The notes under the pieces: generated by a model | Seen by the model: only the letters and a program-made list of their open reading frames with translations | Told to the model about the DNA's origin: nothing | Database searches by the model: none | In this document: positions 29,017 to 38,425 of the stretch, in pieces | How the letters are laid out: each line of letters opens with the position of its first letter | Position numbering within the stretch: position 1 is the first letter of the stretch | NCBI GenBank assembly: GCA_038247415.1 | Contig: JBBRUX010000004.1 | Location: 32,001 to 96,000 of the forward strand | Length of the DNA stretch: 64,000 bases | Reading direction: 5' to 3' | Origin: Chitinivibrionales bacterium | Lineage (GTDB): Bacteria > Fibrobacterota > Chitinivibrionia > Chitinivibrionales > WJKA01 | Made by a program: the position numbers and the translations under genes

Positions 29017-30356
29017 ACTTTGGACTCTTGATCGGGAGTGCCAAAGAGAGAATCGAGGGATCGAGCAATATCATCACCCGACATCATCCCATTATCATCT
29101 GCTTGGGACAATTCTGCCTCTTTCTGAGGCACCCTTATTTTTGCAACAAGGGGCAACTCTTGTCGCGGAGATTCGGCTACCTTAGAGATTTTTGGTAACG
29201 CCGTGGCAACTGCCAAGTGGTCGGGAACAACATATGGTTTTTGCGCAGACTGTAAATTTTTGCCCTCAATATCCGCCTCAATTGAAGGGCCATGCCCAAG
29301 CATCGACCGGCTAATAGATACTGTATTTGACTGGGAAATCAAGTTTTCGAGATCTACAAATGCTTGCTGACCATGCGATTTGAGAAGAATTTCTGCAGCA
29401 TCTGCCTGCTTAAAAAACGGAACCTCGAAAGTAACCTCATCCGTTTCATCCGCACTAGAAGCGCGCCCAGAGTGTTGCTCTAGATCCCTATTCTGCTGCT
29501 GCAAAGGTCCGACAGGAAGTGCTTCGGTTTCTTTTAAACGAGTATTCTCTAAAGGCGCCGCAGATTTCACAGGCTCCGTGTTCATGGATGAAACCATGGT
29601 CAGTGATATTGACGAAATGGATGATCGAGGGGGAGGTACTTTTAGAGGTTTAGGTTCATCGATGATTGGCTCACTACCCACTTCTGCCTTAATAGCCACG
29701 ACCTCTTGACGTGGCAGGGGCGCGACATCAAAAAAAGCTTCATCGTTTGCTGTTTCTGAATTAGATGCTTCGAGATCAAACTCATCAACCTCTAAAGAAA
29801 CGGATTCTTCTGGCTCGCTAGTCCCTGGCTCTGCTTGCGAGAGATTATCCAATGAGTCATTCTCTTTGTGCAAAATTTCTTCTTGTAAACAAGCTTTCTG
29901 TAAGACAGGTGGAATACTGCTCGTAGATAGCACGACAGTATTTTTAGAAGTCTTTACTGCGATTTCGGGTTGTTGTACAGAAAGAGAAGCAGGCGCGTCG
30001 TGCTCGAGCCGGGTATGGTCACAAACCAGTAAACAGTACGCGATTGCTTTTTCGAAATAGCGAATCTGATAAGGAGTTAGATTGTCGGCTAGTAAGCCAA
30101 GCTCAATCTGCATGCGCTCGCATAGTTTTGCAAGCTCGATAGCCGGCCCGTTTGATGCCATGGTAGAAGCATTGCATGTAGCAATAAGCCCAAGCGCTTG
30201 ACCATCCAGAGAAATAAGATTCTGGAGAAGTTCGCTTATGCGGTTTTTCTTACGTTTGTCGGTATAAGAATACCCAAAAAAGAAAGCAACCCATAAAAGA
30301 GTTACCAATCCACCGCCAGCAAACACGCCCGTAACAAGAAATAATAATGGATTCAT
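29013..30356 (-). CDS. hypothetical membrane-anchored protein with long acidic/low-complexity region
   Basis: 447-aa ORF with AAGGA RBS, N-terminal TM helix, helical segment, S/E/P-rich linker, and terminal helix SGDDIARSLDSLFG. Confidence 0.7.
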   Translation of the reverse strand: MNPLLFLVTGVFAGGGLVTLLWVAFFFGYSYTDKRKKNRISELLQNLISLDGQALGLIATCNASTMASNGPAIELAKLCERMQIELGLLADNLTPYQIRYFEKAIAYCLLVCDHTRLEHDAPASLSVQQPEIAVKTSKNTVVLSTSSIPPVLQKACLQEEILHKENDSLDNLSQAEPGTSEPEESVSLEVDEFDLEASNSETANDEAFFDVAPLPRQEVVAIKAEVGSEPIIDEPKPLKVPPPRSSISSISLTMVSSMNTEPVKSAAPLENTRLKETEALPVGPLQQQNRDLEQHSGRASSADETDEVTFEVPFFKQADAAEILLKSHGQQAFVDLENLISQSNTVSISRSMLGHGPSIEADIEGKNLQSAQKPYVVPDHLAVATALPKISKVAESPRQELPLVAKIRVPQKEAELSQADDNGMMSGDDIARSLDSLFGTPDQESKV

Positions 30357-30410
30357 AAAAAATTCCTTACGCTTAAATTGATTTACATAAACGATGCAAC
30401 CGCATGATGT

Positions 30411-32021
30411 TTATTTTTTCTGCAAAGCAGCAGAATATAGTTTACTATATGACTCTGCAGCATTTTCCCATGAATTCTGATATTCGGAATTAAGTGCCCC
30501 TTTAACCATACTCATATAATCGTTATTATGTGCGCGTACCTGGGCGCATGTCATCAGTGCACTTTGTGTGGCCTGCACAATCGAACTAAACAAGGGGCTT
30601 TGCATTCGCGCAGAGGGAGCAAGCGAAAGCATTTCTCGCCAGGCACCACCGCTTGCTTCGAGAGGAAACTCCTCCCGGTACACTATGCCATTTGCAGCGT
30701 CTACGCTCTTACCATTATGAGTTGCAGTTTCGGACCCTATCGCAATTATCTGATCTCGTAACCCTCCAGCCGCGCGCGCGCACACCGGAGTTCCCGCGTT
30801 AAATGCTTCGGAAACTGATCCGTAAGGTTCGAAAAACGAAGGCATGAGCATAAAATGAGAGCCGCTTAAAATGGTCATGTATTCTCGTCGGGTTATTCGA
30901 AATGGCCAGATAACACAATCCCCAGAAAGCTCTTTGGTGCATTCTATAAAAAAGGCGCAGCGCTTATCGATACTCGGATCAAATCCTGAAGAGGGACAGA
31001 AAAAGAGCTGGACTGTTCCCCGTGGAATTGCTTTGAGAGCATGAAAAATTGTATCAAAACCTTTTTGCATAAGATCAAAACGTCCTGCCATAAAGAGCAG
31101 GGGCGCATGCAGTGTGTGTTCCGATAGCGAGCCGATACTGCGAGGATCTTTTTTATCTGCAATAAGTTTACGCGCTGTAATGAGTGCCGACTCCTTCGCA
31201 ACAGTCAATAGATCCCTATCAGCTACGAGTTCCTTGAAAATCGAATGCTTACCCGAAGAAAACGAACCATGCGGTATACCTACTATATCCCGATTCTGCA
31301 AAGCCTTTTGCAAATGGGGAATAAACACCGTTTGCTGGAGCGGATCGTGAAGTAATTCGTGAGCAAACGTTTTGCTTACCGTAGAGAGTGGCCCTGTAAA
31401 AAAGGGGAGCGATGCAGCTAGAACGGTATCTTGCGTGGGTGGCGTATCGAAATAAAAGGTTCGTTCTGCCAAAGGCAATCCACTATCAAAGGAATTATGC
31501 AACGTTAATACGCTTCCACATCTATGAAGCCTGCCTCGCTGGGCAGCTTGTTGAGCAAAAATTGCGGCAGGAGCCGTTTCCCAATCATGGCAATGAAAAA
31601 CTACCGGGTCTTGCTCCTGCATATCGACAAGACACTGCACTGCAGCTGCAGAAAATACTAACGCATCACGCAAAAGCAATGCTGGGTTACGATACGCATA
31701 AGGATTTTCCTTTGCCGTAAAGCAGCCATCACAGGCTACGTAAATCCATGGAAATGGAGACTCTTTATCGATAAAACTTGTATATCTCCCACAAAACGAT
31801 CCACTCTTAAAAGTACGCCCAACCGTTTGAACCGAAAATCTTCCACCCCTGTGTGCGCTTACCAGGGCGCTATGCGCGTGGTGAAAAGGAGTGAGTGCAA
31901 TCACCCGCTCTCCAAATGCGACCATTGCTCCTGGAAGAAATTGCGTTACAGTCCCAAGCCCACCTGCTGAGACTATAGGATTTTCAAAATAGAGATGCGC
32001 TACAATGCGTGAATGTGCCAC
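30411..32021 (-). CDS. glycogen/starch synthase-like glycosyltransferase (GT5), divergent
   Basis: AGGLG, HCHDWET, LTLHN, TVS..FA.E, GRFD..QKGFD, MPS.FEPYG, GGLRD, SWE..A..Y..LY. Confidence 0.8.
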   Translation of the reverse strand: MAHSRIVAHLYFENPIVSAGGLGTVTQFLPGAMVAFGERVIALTPFHHAHSALVSAHRGGRFSVQTVGRTFKSGSFCGRYTSFIDKESPFPWIYVACDGCFTAKENPYAYRNPALLLRDALVFSAAAVQCLVDMQEQDPVVFHCHDWETAPAAIFAQQAAQRGRLHRCGSVLTLHNSFDSGLPLAERTFYFDTPPTQDTVLAASLPFFTGPLSTVSKTFAHELLHDPLQQTVFIPHLQKALQNRDIVGIPHGSFSSGKHSIFKELVADRDLLTVAKESALITARKLIADKKDPRSIGSLSEHTLHAPLLFMAGRFDLMQKGFDTIFHALKAIPRGTVQLFFCPSSGFDPSIDKRCAFFIECTKELSGDCVIWPFRITRREYMTILSGSHFMLMPSFFEPYGSVSEAFNAGTPVCARAAGGLRDQIIAIGSETATHNGKSVDAANGIVYREEFPLEASGGAWREMLSLAPSARMQSPLFSSIVQATQSALMTCAQVRAHNNDYMSMVKGALNSEYQNSWENAAESYSKLYSAALQKK

Positions 32022-32131
32022 AGAAGTACTATCCAGTTGTATTTGGTATAACTACAAAAACGAAACAATAATTAATATAGCTAAAATTTAGGCAGAAAGG
32101 CCCGGTATCTTGCATTGTTCACAGAGCCGGA

Positions 32132-33676
32132 TCATTCGGCGAGTAAATTAATGATTGCTTTTGGCAAAAAGGAAATGATATCCGATGCGACAAGCGAATA
32201 CTCGGATACTGCCTGTGCAGCTAAATCTCCGGCAGCCCCATGCAAATACACGCCAAGAACTGCTGCATCAGACGGCGTTGCACCTTGAGAGATGAGAGAT
32301 ACAATTATGCCTGATAACACATCGCCGCTACCTGCGGTCGCCATACCCGAATTTCCTACAGGAAGAATAAACCCTCTGCCAGACGGTTGTGCAACTATGG
32401 TTGGGGAACCTTTGAGAACAATGGTAATCGCCCGACAAGCCGCGTGCATGCGAACCCGCGAAATGAGGCTTAGAGGATCTATCGGGAGTGTGCCAAAAAG
32501 ACGCTCCCATTCTCCCTTATGCGGTGTAATTACAATGTCGGCATTCTGCTTACGCACTAATTCTGGTTTGCCAATAAACGCGTTGAGGCCATCGGCATCA
32601 AGCACCAAAGGGGCCGAAACATTTCGTACTATTTCCCGAATCACAAAAGAGGCCTCTTCGCTGTGTGTTAAGCCAGGTCCCACGCAAAGCGCCTTTTTTT
32701 TATGAAGTACATCAATAATTTCGATTTCTGACCGAAGCCCAAGCGCCCCCAAACGAGATTCCGAAAGACCCAAAGCTATAACTTCGGGCATAAGTTTTGG
32801 ATTGGCAACTCGAAGAGCACTATGAGGCATACCAAGCGTAACAACCCCACACCCACTTCGCAGCGCTGCACTACTGCAGAGAACCGCGCATCCTGTGTAG
32901 CGCCGGCTACCACATATCATCAGAACATTTCCATGATCAAATTTCGACCCATCTGGTTTACGAAGAGGCATGAGAGACTTTACATACTCATGCGTTGGGA
33001 AGTACATTCCTCCTTGAATGCGCGAAACGACTTCTGAGGGATATCCAAGGTCGGCAATCGACAAGTTTCCACAATGAGAACGCGCTGGATAAAAAAACAT
33101 CCCAATTTTAGGAAGGCCCAAAGTAACGGTACAAGAAGCTCGAATGGCAGATCCAAGAACAGTACCCGTATCCCCAGTAACACCTGTGGGCACATCTATT
33201 GCCACCACCGGAACATGGGCAGCATTAACCGCCGATATAATCTCTGCAAGGAGCCCCTCTGCAGTACCGCGAGATCCAGTACCCAAAATGGCATCAACAA
33301 TACAAGAATAATCCGATAAACCGCAAAGGTCTTCGATAGACGAAATATGCCTGCATTCTCCTGAACACGCTATAAATTCGTCATATGCTCGCAGAGACAA
33401 AGGAGTATGCTCAGCACGAGGCGCTATGGCAAAACAAACTACACGTTGGCCTTGCAGAGTAAGATATCGCGCTGCAACATAACCATCACCACCATTGTTG
33501 CCCTTACCGCAGATAAGAGCAACCGGGCCGCACACGACATCGCAGAGTAGTTCGATAACTTTATCAGCAACGGCTTTTCCTGCGCGATCCATAAAAACAT
33601 AGCCCGACATAGAGTCAGCGCCAATCGAACCCTCGTCTATCTGACGCATTTCGCCGATAGATACAATTGGTATCAT
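32132..33676 (-). CDS. nnr: bifunctional NAD(P)HX epimerase/dehydratase
   Basis: CGKGNNGGDG, DAILGTG, AIDVPTG (NnrE); VGPGL, LDADGL, ITPHKGE, VLKG, MATAGSGDVLSG, HG.AGD (NnrD). Confidence 0.95.
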   Translation of the reverse strand: MIPIVSIGEMRQIDEGSIGADSMSGYVFMDRAGKAVADKVIELLCDVVCGPVALICGKGNNGGDGYVAARYLTLQGQRVVCFAIAPRAEHTPLSLRAYDEFIACSGECRHISSIEDLCGLSDYSCIVDAILGTGSRGTAEGLLAEIISAVNAAHVPVVAIDVPTGVTGDTGTVLGSAIRASCTVTLGLPKIGMFFYPARSHCGNLSIADLGYPSEVVSRIQGGMYFPTHEYVKSLMPLRKPDGSKFDHGNVLMICGSRRYTGCAVLCSSAALRSGCGVVTLGMPHSALRVANPKLMPEVIALGLSESRLGALGLRSEIEIIDVLHKKKALCVGPGLTHSEEASFVIREIVRNVSAPLVLDADGLNAFIGKPELVRKQNADIVITPHKGEWERLFGTLPIDPLSLISRVRMHAACRAITIVLKGSPTIVAQPSGRGFILPVGNSGMATAGSGDVLSGIIVSLISQGATPSDAAVLGVYLHGAAGDLAAQAVSEYSLVASDIISFLPKAIINLLAE

Positions 33677-33805
33677 AGAGCCCCGTTTGTGAATACTATC
33701 ACTAAATTTCTACTCTATACCTAATGTACTCTATTGAAGTATCAAGGTGGCTATTTTTTTTTGAACCTCACAAGAGTATTGCTTTTTAAGAGAAACGAGG
33801 CACTG

Positions 33806-35671
33806 CTATTTCTTTTTCTCCATTGTCATGGATGGATTATACAAATTAACCTGATTGCGACCATGTTCTTTACTATAATAGAGAGCGGTATCGGCCATAT
33901 TTACAAGAAATTGCTTATCATCGATATGAGGGGGGCATGTAGCACACCCAAGACTTACTGTTACCGTAAGTACTGTATCACCATGCATAATGCGCCGTTC
34001 TTCAACCGTTTTTCGAATTCGCTCTGCAGTTGCCATAGCGCCTTCCACAGAACTTTCTGCTAAAATCACCACAAATTCCTCGCCACCATAGCGTGCCGGC
34101 AAATCGCTTGACCGAATAGCAGAGCGAATACACACGGCGATCTCTCGCAAAACAAGATCTCCTATTGTATGACCATAGGTATCATTAAATTTCTTGAAAT
34201 GATCGATATCCATAAGCAACAATGAAAAATGGCGTGAATACCGACGCGCGCGATCCATTTCATTTGTCAACTGGTCCTGAAAGTAGCGATGATTGGGTAG
34301 TCCCGTTAAACCATCGGTTGTTGCAAGTTTCTCCATTTTCTGATACAACAGCGCGCGCGCGATAGCAACAGACGCATTGCCCATAAGCGTTGAAAGTAAT
34401 GTTTCGATTTCTCCGCTAAACATCTCTTGCCGATCCCCCTCAATAGAAAGGAGACCAAGACACCGCATGTCATTATCCAGAATAGGTATAATAATAAGCG
34501 AAACCAGTGTCGTATCTTCTGCTTCACCGGAATCAAATCGGTAATATTGCTGAGTCCCTGCTCCATAGTTTCCAATGTTAACAATTTTTTTCTTCTGATA
34601 GGAAAATCCATAGAGACCACCGCCAAGCGTAAATTCGGCTCCCTGTTCAACGTCGGTTTTAGTCCCGCTAACTCTCACAATACGACCCATATTTGTTTGC
34701 GGATTAAGTGATATGGTCATAATGCGGTTATGCGAAACGAGCGATCCTATTGTCGCAAAGAGAATATTAAACACATCGTCGGTGGTAAGCGCTGTGGTGA
34801 GCTGTTGGGAGTTTTCGTAAAACACCTTAAATTGCCGTGCAGTCCGTTGCTGATATATTCTCATGCGCGCATTAATTATAAGCGCTGCAGCAAGACCTGA
34901 GAATCGCCGCATTATATCTTTATGGGTATCAGTAAAGGCGCGTTTATTGTTGGAATCTATAACCAGAGCCCCGAGAAGTTCCTTTTCATCTGATACGACT
35001 GGTACAGCCAAAACCGAATATACTACTTCACCTTCGCGATAATACATGACTTTTTCGCCATACATCTGGATATCACCCGAAAGAAAAGAACGCCGTTCCG
35101 TGGCAATACGCCCAACAATACCGTCTCCACCAGCAATTTCGATCCCCTCAATTACTTTGGTACTTTTAGTATGAACTGCATTAAGGATAAATGAATTAGT
35201 GGTAGGATTATAGATAAACCCGAGTGCCGAATAAGCATCAAAATTTTTGCGCATGAAAAAAACAATTGACGCGAGCAATTCTTCTACACCCTGCGGACGA
35301 CTGTTTAATTCATCGAGCAGCAATTGTACTGTTTGACCAGATACAGCTGCATGTTGAACCACGGAAACTTCTGTTTCGGGATTTTGTGCCTTGTTCTGCT
35401 TAGGTTGACTTGAGGCATTTTGAGTTGAAATATAAGCAACCTTAGAAACGGGCTTTTTTTCGAAAAAGCCTATCATATTCCGCATCAATGCGACTAAAAA
35501 AAAGAGCGCACAGGCTCCCGAAGCAATTAAAAGCCAAGGGTATTCCGAAGGTGAGTATTCTGGCGGAATGGGAAGTTTCCCTATAAAATGAAGAAGGACT
35601 GCACATCCAATAAGGACAAGTACCGTAATTTCTATTGCAACAAACGGATTTGTATTCTTTTTTTTCTGCAC
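33806..35671 (-). CDS. membrane-anchored diguanylate cyclase (2 TM, GAF, GAF, GGDEF)
   Basis: TDGLTGL.N.R, DIDHFK.FNDTYGH..GD, RSSD I-site five residues before an intact GGEEF. Confidence 0.92.
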   Translation of the reverse strand: MQKKKNTNPFVAIEITVLVLIGCAVLLHFIGKLPIPPEYSPSEYPWLLIASGACALFFLVALMRNMIGFFEKKPVSKVAYISTQNASSQPKQNKAQNPETEVSVVQHAAVSGQTVQLLLDELNSRPQGVEELLASIVFFMRKNFDAYSALGFIYNPTTNSFILNAVHTKSTKVIEGIEIAGGDGIVGRIATERRSFLSGDIQMYGEKVMYYREGEVVYSVLAVPVVSDEKELLGALVIDSNNKRAFTDTHKDIMRRFSGLAAALIINARMRIYQQRTARQFKVFYENSQQLTTALTTDDVFNILFATIGSLVSHNRIMTISLNPQTNMGRIVRVSGTKTDVEQGAEFTLGGGLYGFSYQKKKIVNIGNYGAGTQQYYRFDSGEAEDTTLVSLIIIPILDNDMRCLGLLSIEGDRQEMFSGEIETLLSTLMGNASVAIARALLYQKMEKLATTDGLTGLPNHRYFQDQLTNEMDRARRYSRHFSLLLMDIDHFKKFNDTYGHTIGDLVLREIAVCIRSAIRSSDLPARYGGEEFVVILAESSVEGAMATAERIRKTVEERRIMHGDTVLTVTVSLGCATCPPHIDDKQFLVNMADTALYYSKEHGRNQVNLYNPSMTMEKKK

Positions 35672-35821
35672 TCTCTTTACCTTTTCTCCAAATATTAAAA
35701 CGCCGCGTTCTGCGCTTAAAAAAACTACTAAAAACCTTTAGCATAACTATTTTATCTGTACATGCTGCATACCGATTGCAACCTACTATTTTCATAGACT
35801 CTACAATTTTACCACAAGCGT

Positions 35822-36943
35822 ATGAAAAAGACAAAAAAAACAATCTCATTGCGATACCGACTCTTTGGCATGCTTCCCCCCAAAGCCAAACAAGCCATCC
35901 TTCGCAGCATGGCTCTTCGGTCGCTATCGCCTGAGCCCATTTCCTTTCCGTATTCTTGGAATAGAGGCCGATCAGTTCTCATACTCATGCCGCCAGATCT
36001 ACTCCCGACGTTGCACAGTATTCCAATCATAACAAGCATTGCTAAAACAAGCGATGCTACTACTATAGATATCATGTGTTGCGAAGCGGCCAAACCTTTT
36101 TTGAGCCCTCTGGGAAATGTTCGCACCATATACGATTACGATCCCGCTGACTTTGCACTTGGATCCTTGAGCTATACAGCACTCCGTCGAAGCATTAAAG
36201 AAACATTTTATGATGTGTGCTTGATTCTTTCACAAGATGCAAACAATGAACATCCGCTCATCTGCGCTCAAAGCGGGGCAGCATTGCGGGTTGGTTTCTA
36301 CGGATCCAGCGCATATCCTTTTGTCAATTTTTCGGCAAAAGCACTCACAGCGCATGCCACGCCCACGCTTAAAAACACCTTTCTGCTCTCGATACTTGGC
36401 ATAAAACTCCATCATGAAACTCGCTTTATTGTTGATAAAAAATCACACGATGATATTGATCATGCCTGCATAGAGGCAGGAATTAATAAAAAAGAGCCGC
36501 TCTTAGGTATCGATTTCAATTATCTGGAAACGATTATAGGACATGATTCTGCAGTCAAGCTCGCAACATACCTTGCCTTGGGATGGAGCGGAACTACCTA
36601 CCTCTATCTGAACGATTCTGCTGATCACGAAAGGCATGCCACAACGCTTGGCGGGCACTCATTTAGTGTATTTGCATCATTGCCGGTTTCTCGGATGGCT
36701 TCCCTTATCGATAGAAGTGCTCTCATTGTTTCCGGAGCTACCCCGTTTTTTATTACTGCGAATCTCCTTGGGAAAAAGGCAATCGGCCTCTTTATCGACG
36801 CCTCAAATTCAAGCCACGAGGCTGACACACCCACGCAAGTATCCATTTTCCTCGATCAGGTCGGCGTTAGCAATCTGCCAGATGCAATCAGAAAAGCACT
36901 CAAGCAGATCGGGCTCTCGCCACTTCGTGAATCTGATAGTTGA
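35822..36943 (+). CDS. glycosyltransferase family 9 (heptosyltransferase-like), divergent
   Basis: GT9-like layout: VLIL...DLL..L.SIP.I, YDVCL.L, SGA.LRVGF, ASLIDRSALIVSG.T....A..LG...IGLF. Confidence 0.5.
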   Translation: MKKTKKTISLRYRLFGMLPPKAKQAILRSMALRSLSPEPISFPYSWNRGRSVLILMPPDLLPTLHSIPIITSIAKTSDATTIDIMCCEAAKPFLSPLGNVRTIYDYDPADFALGSLSYTALRRSIKETFYDVCLILSQDANNEHPLICAQSGAALRVGFYGSSAYPFVNFSAKALTAHATPTLKNTFLLSILGIKLHHETRFIVDKKSHDDIDHACIEAGINKKEPLLGIDFNYLETIIGHDSAVKLATYLALGWSGTTYLYLNDSADHERHATTLGGHSFSVFASLPVSRMASLIDRSALIVSGATPFFITANLLGKKAIGLFIDASNSSHEADTPTQVSIFLDQVGVSNLPDAIRKALKQIGLSPLRESDS

Positions 36944-36994
36944 CCATATGTCCTTAATAATTATATAATTTAAGACAGTATAAAGCATTGGTCT

Positions 36995-37034
36995 GTTATG
37001 AACGCATAACGCATTTTATACACAGTGCGTTATG
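36995..37034. promoter_or_regulatory. nested inverted repeats upstream of the L,D-transpeptidase operon
   Basis: GTTATG-N4-CATAAC (36995-37010) overlapping CATAACGCA-N12-TGCGTTATG (37005-37034). Confidence 0.35.
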
Positions 37035-37147
37035 TGGGTGGTTTGTTATTCCATATAGGGAAATTGCATCATTCAAACACCATCCTGATACACCGCAATA
37101 TTGATTTTGCCAAAAAGGATATTTTTGTGAGGAGCAGGTTTTTTCGC

Positions 37148-38425
37148 ATGTTCGATATACCAAATCATTTTTTTATGTCATACTTGAAATCTTTCGAATT
37201 TCAATTGAGGACTTGGAACAATCAACGTGCCATCCGCGCCGCGTACACTAAACATGGTATTGGCAAACTTCTGCTGAGATTTCCAAAAAAGATACTCTTC
37301 ATTATTGGCGTATGTTGCCTTGGAGCCCTGCTTATTGCCAGCGCCCCATTCCTTTTCAAAACAAGCTCAGCGCTCATTCATTTAGTATTCAAATCAATGC
37401 ATCAACAAATGCCTGCGCAAGGATTTTCGCTGAAAGCATTAGGTATAGGATCCCAAGCGTTTCATCGAGTGGAACCCACCATTGAAACAACGCCTCTTGA
37501 TAATCAAGCAGCAATGATCCCGCAAAAAATGCTACAACCAGCAGCCGACCAATTACAAGCCGGTACTGGAGAGCTTGACATTTGCCTCTATGCCAATAAA
37601 GCAACAAAAACACTTACAGTTTTTAAAGCAATCAATTCCAAATGGACTATTGCCCAAACTTTTTTTATTGGTACCGGGGCTAATGGTGGCCGGAAAATGA
37701 GTGCCGGTGATAAAAAAACGCCTCTAGGCCTTTACTATATTGTCGAGCGTAAAGATCAACAATCTCTGGCTAAAATCTATGGCCCACTTGCCTATGTTCT
37801 CAGCTATCCTAATGCAGATGATCGCGCAAACAAGAGAACCGGTGAAGGAATCTGGATTCATGGAACAACGGATGATACCGTTCCATTCCAAACAAAAGGC
37901 TGCATAGAACTACGCAATAGCAATTTAAAAAAACTTGCTGCCATTGTGGGAAATGGCAAAGGAATTCCTATTGTCATTGTAGACACCACCGATACGAGTA
38001 CCTATCTACTCCCGCCGTATACAACACTTTTAGCAGGCCACAATGCGATACTTGCTACCAAAGCTGCTTCGGGTACCGAATTTGATTCACTCATAACGCA
38101 ATGGGCTCAAAGCTGGATGTCAAGGGATATTACCGAGTATGAGAGGTGGTATAACCACGATTCATTTAATGGTGGAGGCCTGTCGTGGGCCCAATGGCGA
38201 GCAAAAAAAGAATCTACCTTTGCAGCGGCAAAATCGATAACAGTCTCGTGTTCTAAAGTAGTCATTTCTCCCGTATCCGACTCACTCGTTTCGGTACGTT
38301 TTATTCAGCATTATACGTCTACCACGCTGCAAAGCGATAATGGAAAACAGCTTTATTTTACCCGTACACCGCAAGGTTGGAAAATTTACCGCGAATCGGT
38401 ATTTCCCAAAGAGGAGTTGCTATGA
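37148..38425 (+). CDS. L,D-transpeptidase/carboxypeptidase (YkuD) with C-terminal NTF2-like domain (Csd6-like)
   Basis: TM anchor; K...GD.KTP.G.Y, YPN..D....TG.GIWIHG...TKGCI catalytic His/Cys; C-terminal W...W...D...Y...Y..V.F.Q.Y.S....D.G.K.L......GWKI..E. Start uncertain (37025-37175). Confidence 0.85.
   Translation: MFDIPNHFFMSYLKSFEFQLRTWNNQRAIRAAYTKHGIGKLLLRFPKKILFIIGVCCLGALLIASAPFLFKTSSALIHLVFKSMHQQMPAQGFSLKALGIGSQAFHRVEPTIETTPLDNQAAMIPQKMLQPAADQLQAGTGELDICLYANKATKTLTVFKAINSKWTIAQTFFIGTGANGGRKMSAGDKKTPLGLYYIVERKDQQSLAKIYGPLAYVLSYPNADDRANKRTGEGIWIHGTTDDTVPFQTKGCIELRNSNLKKLAAIVGNGKGIPIVIVDTTDTSTYLLPPYTTLLAGHNAILATKAASGTEFDSLITQWAQSWMSRDITEYERWYNHDSFNGGGLSWAQWRAKKESTFAAAKSITVSCSKVVISPVSDSLVSVRFIQHYTSTTLQSDNGKQLYFTRTPQGWKIYRESVFPKEELL

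Noticed and set aside
36999..37026. dif-like TGAACGCATAA-N6-TTATACACAGT about 8 kb from xerC
   Set aside because: The XerD arm matches only 6/11 of TTATGTTAAAT, although this arm is normally the most conserved.
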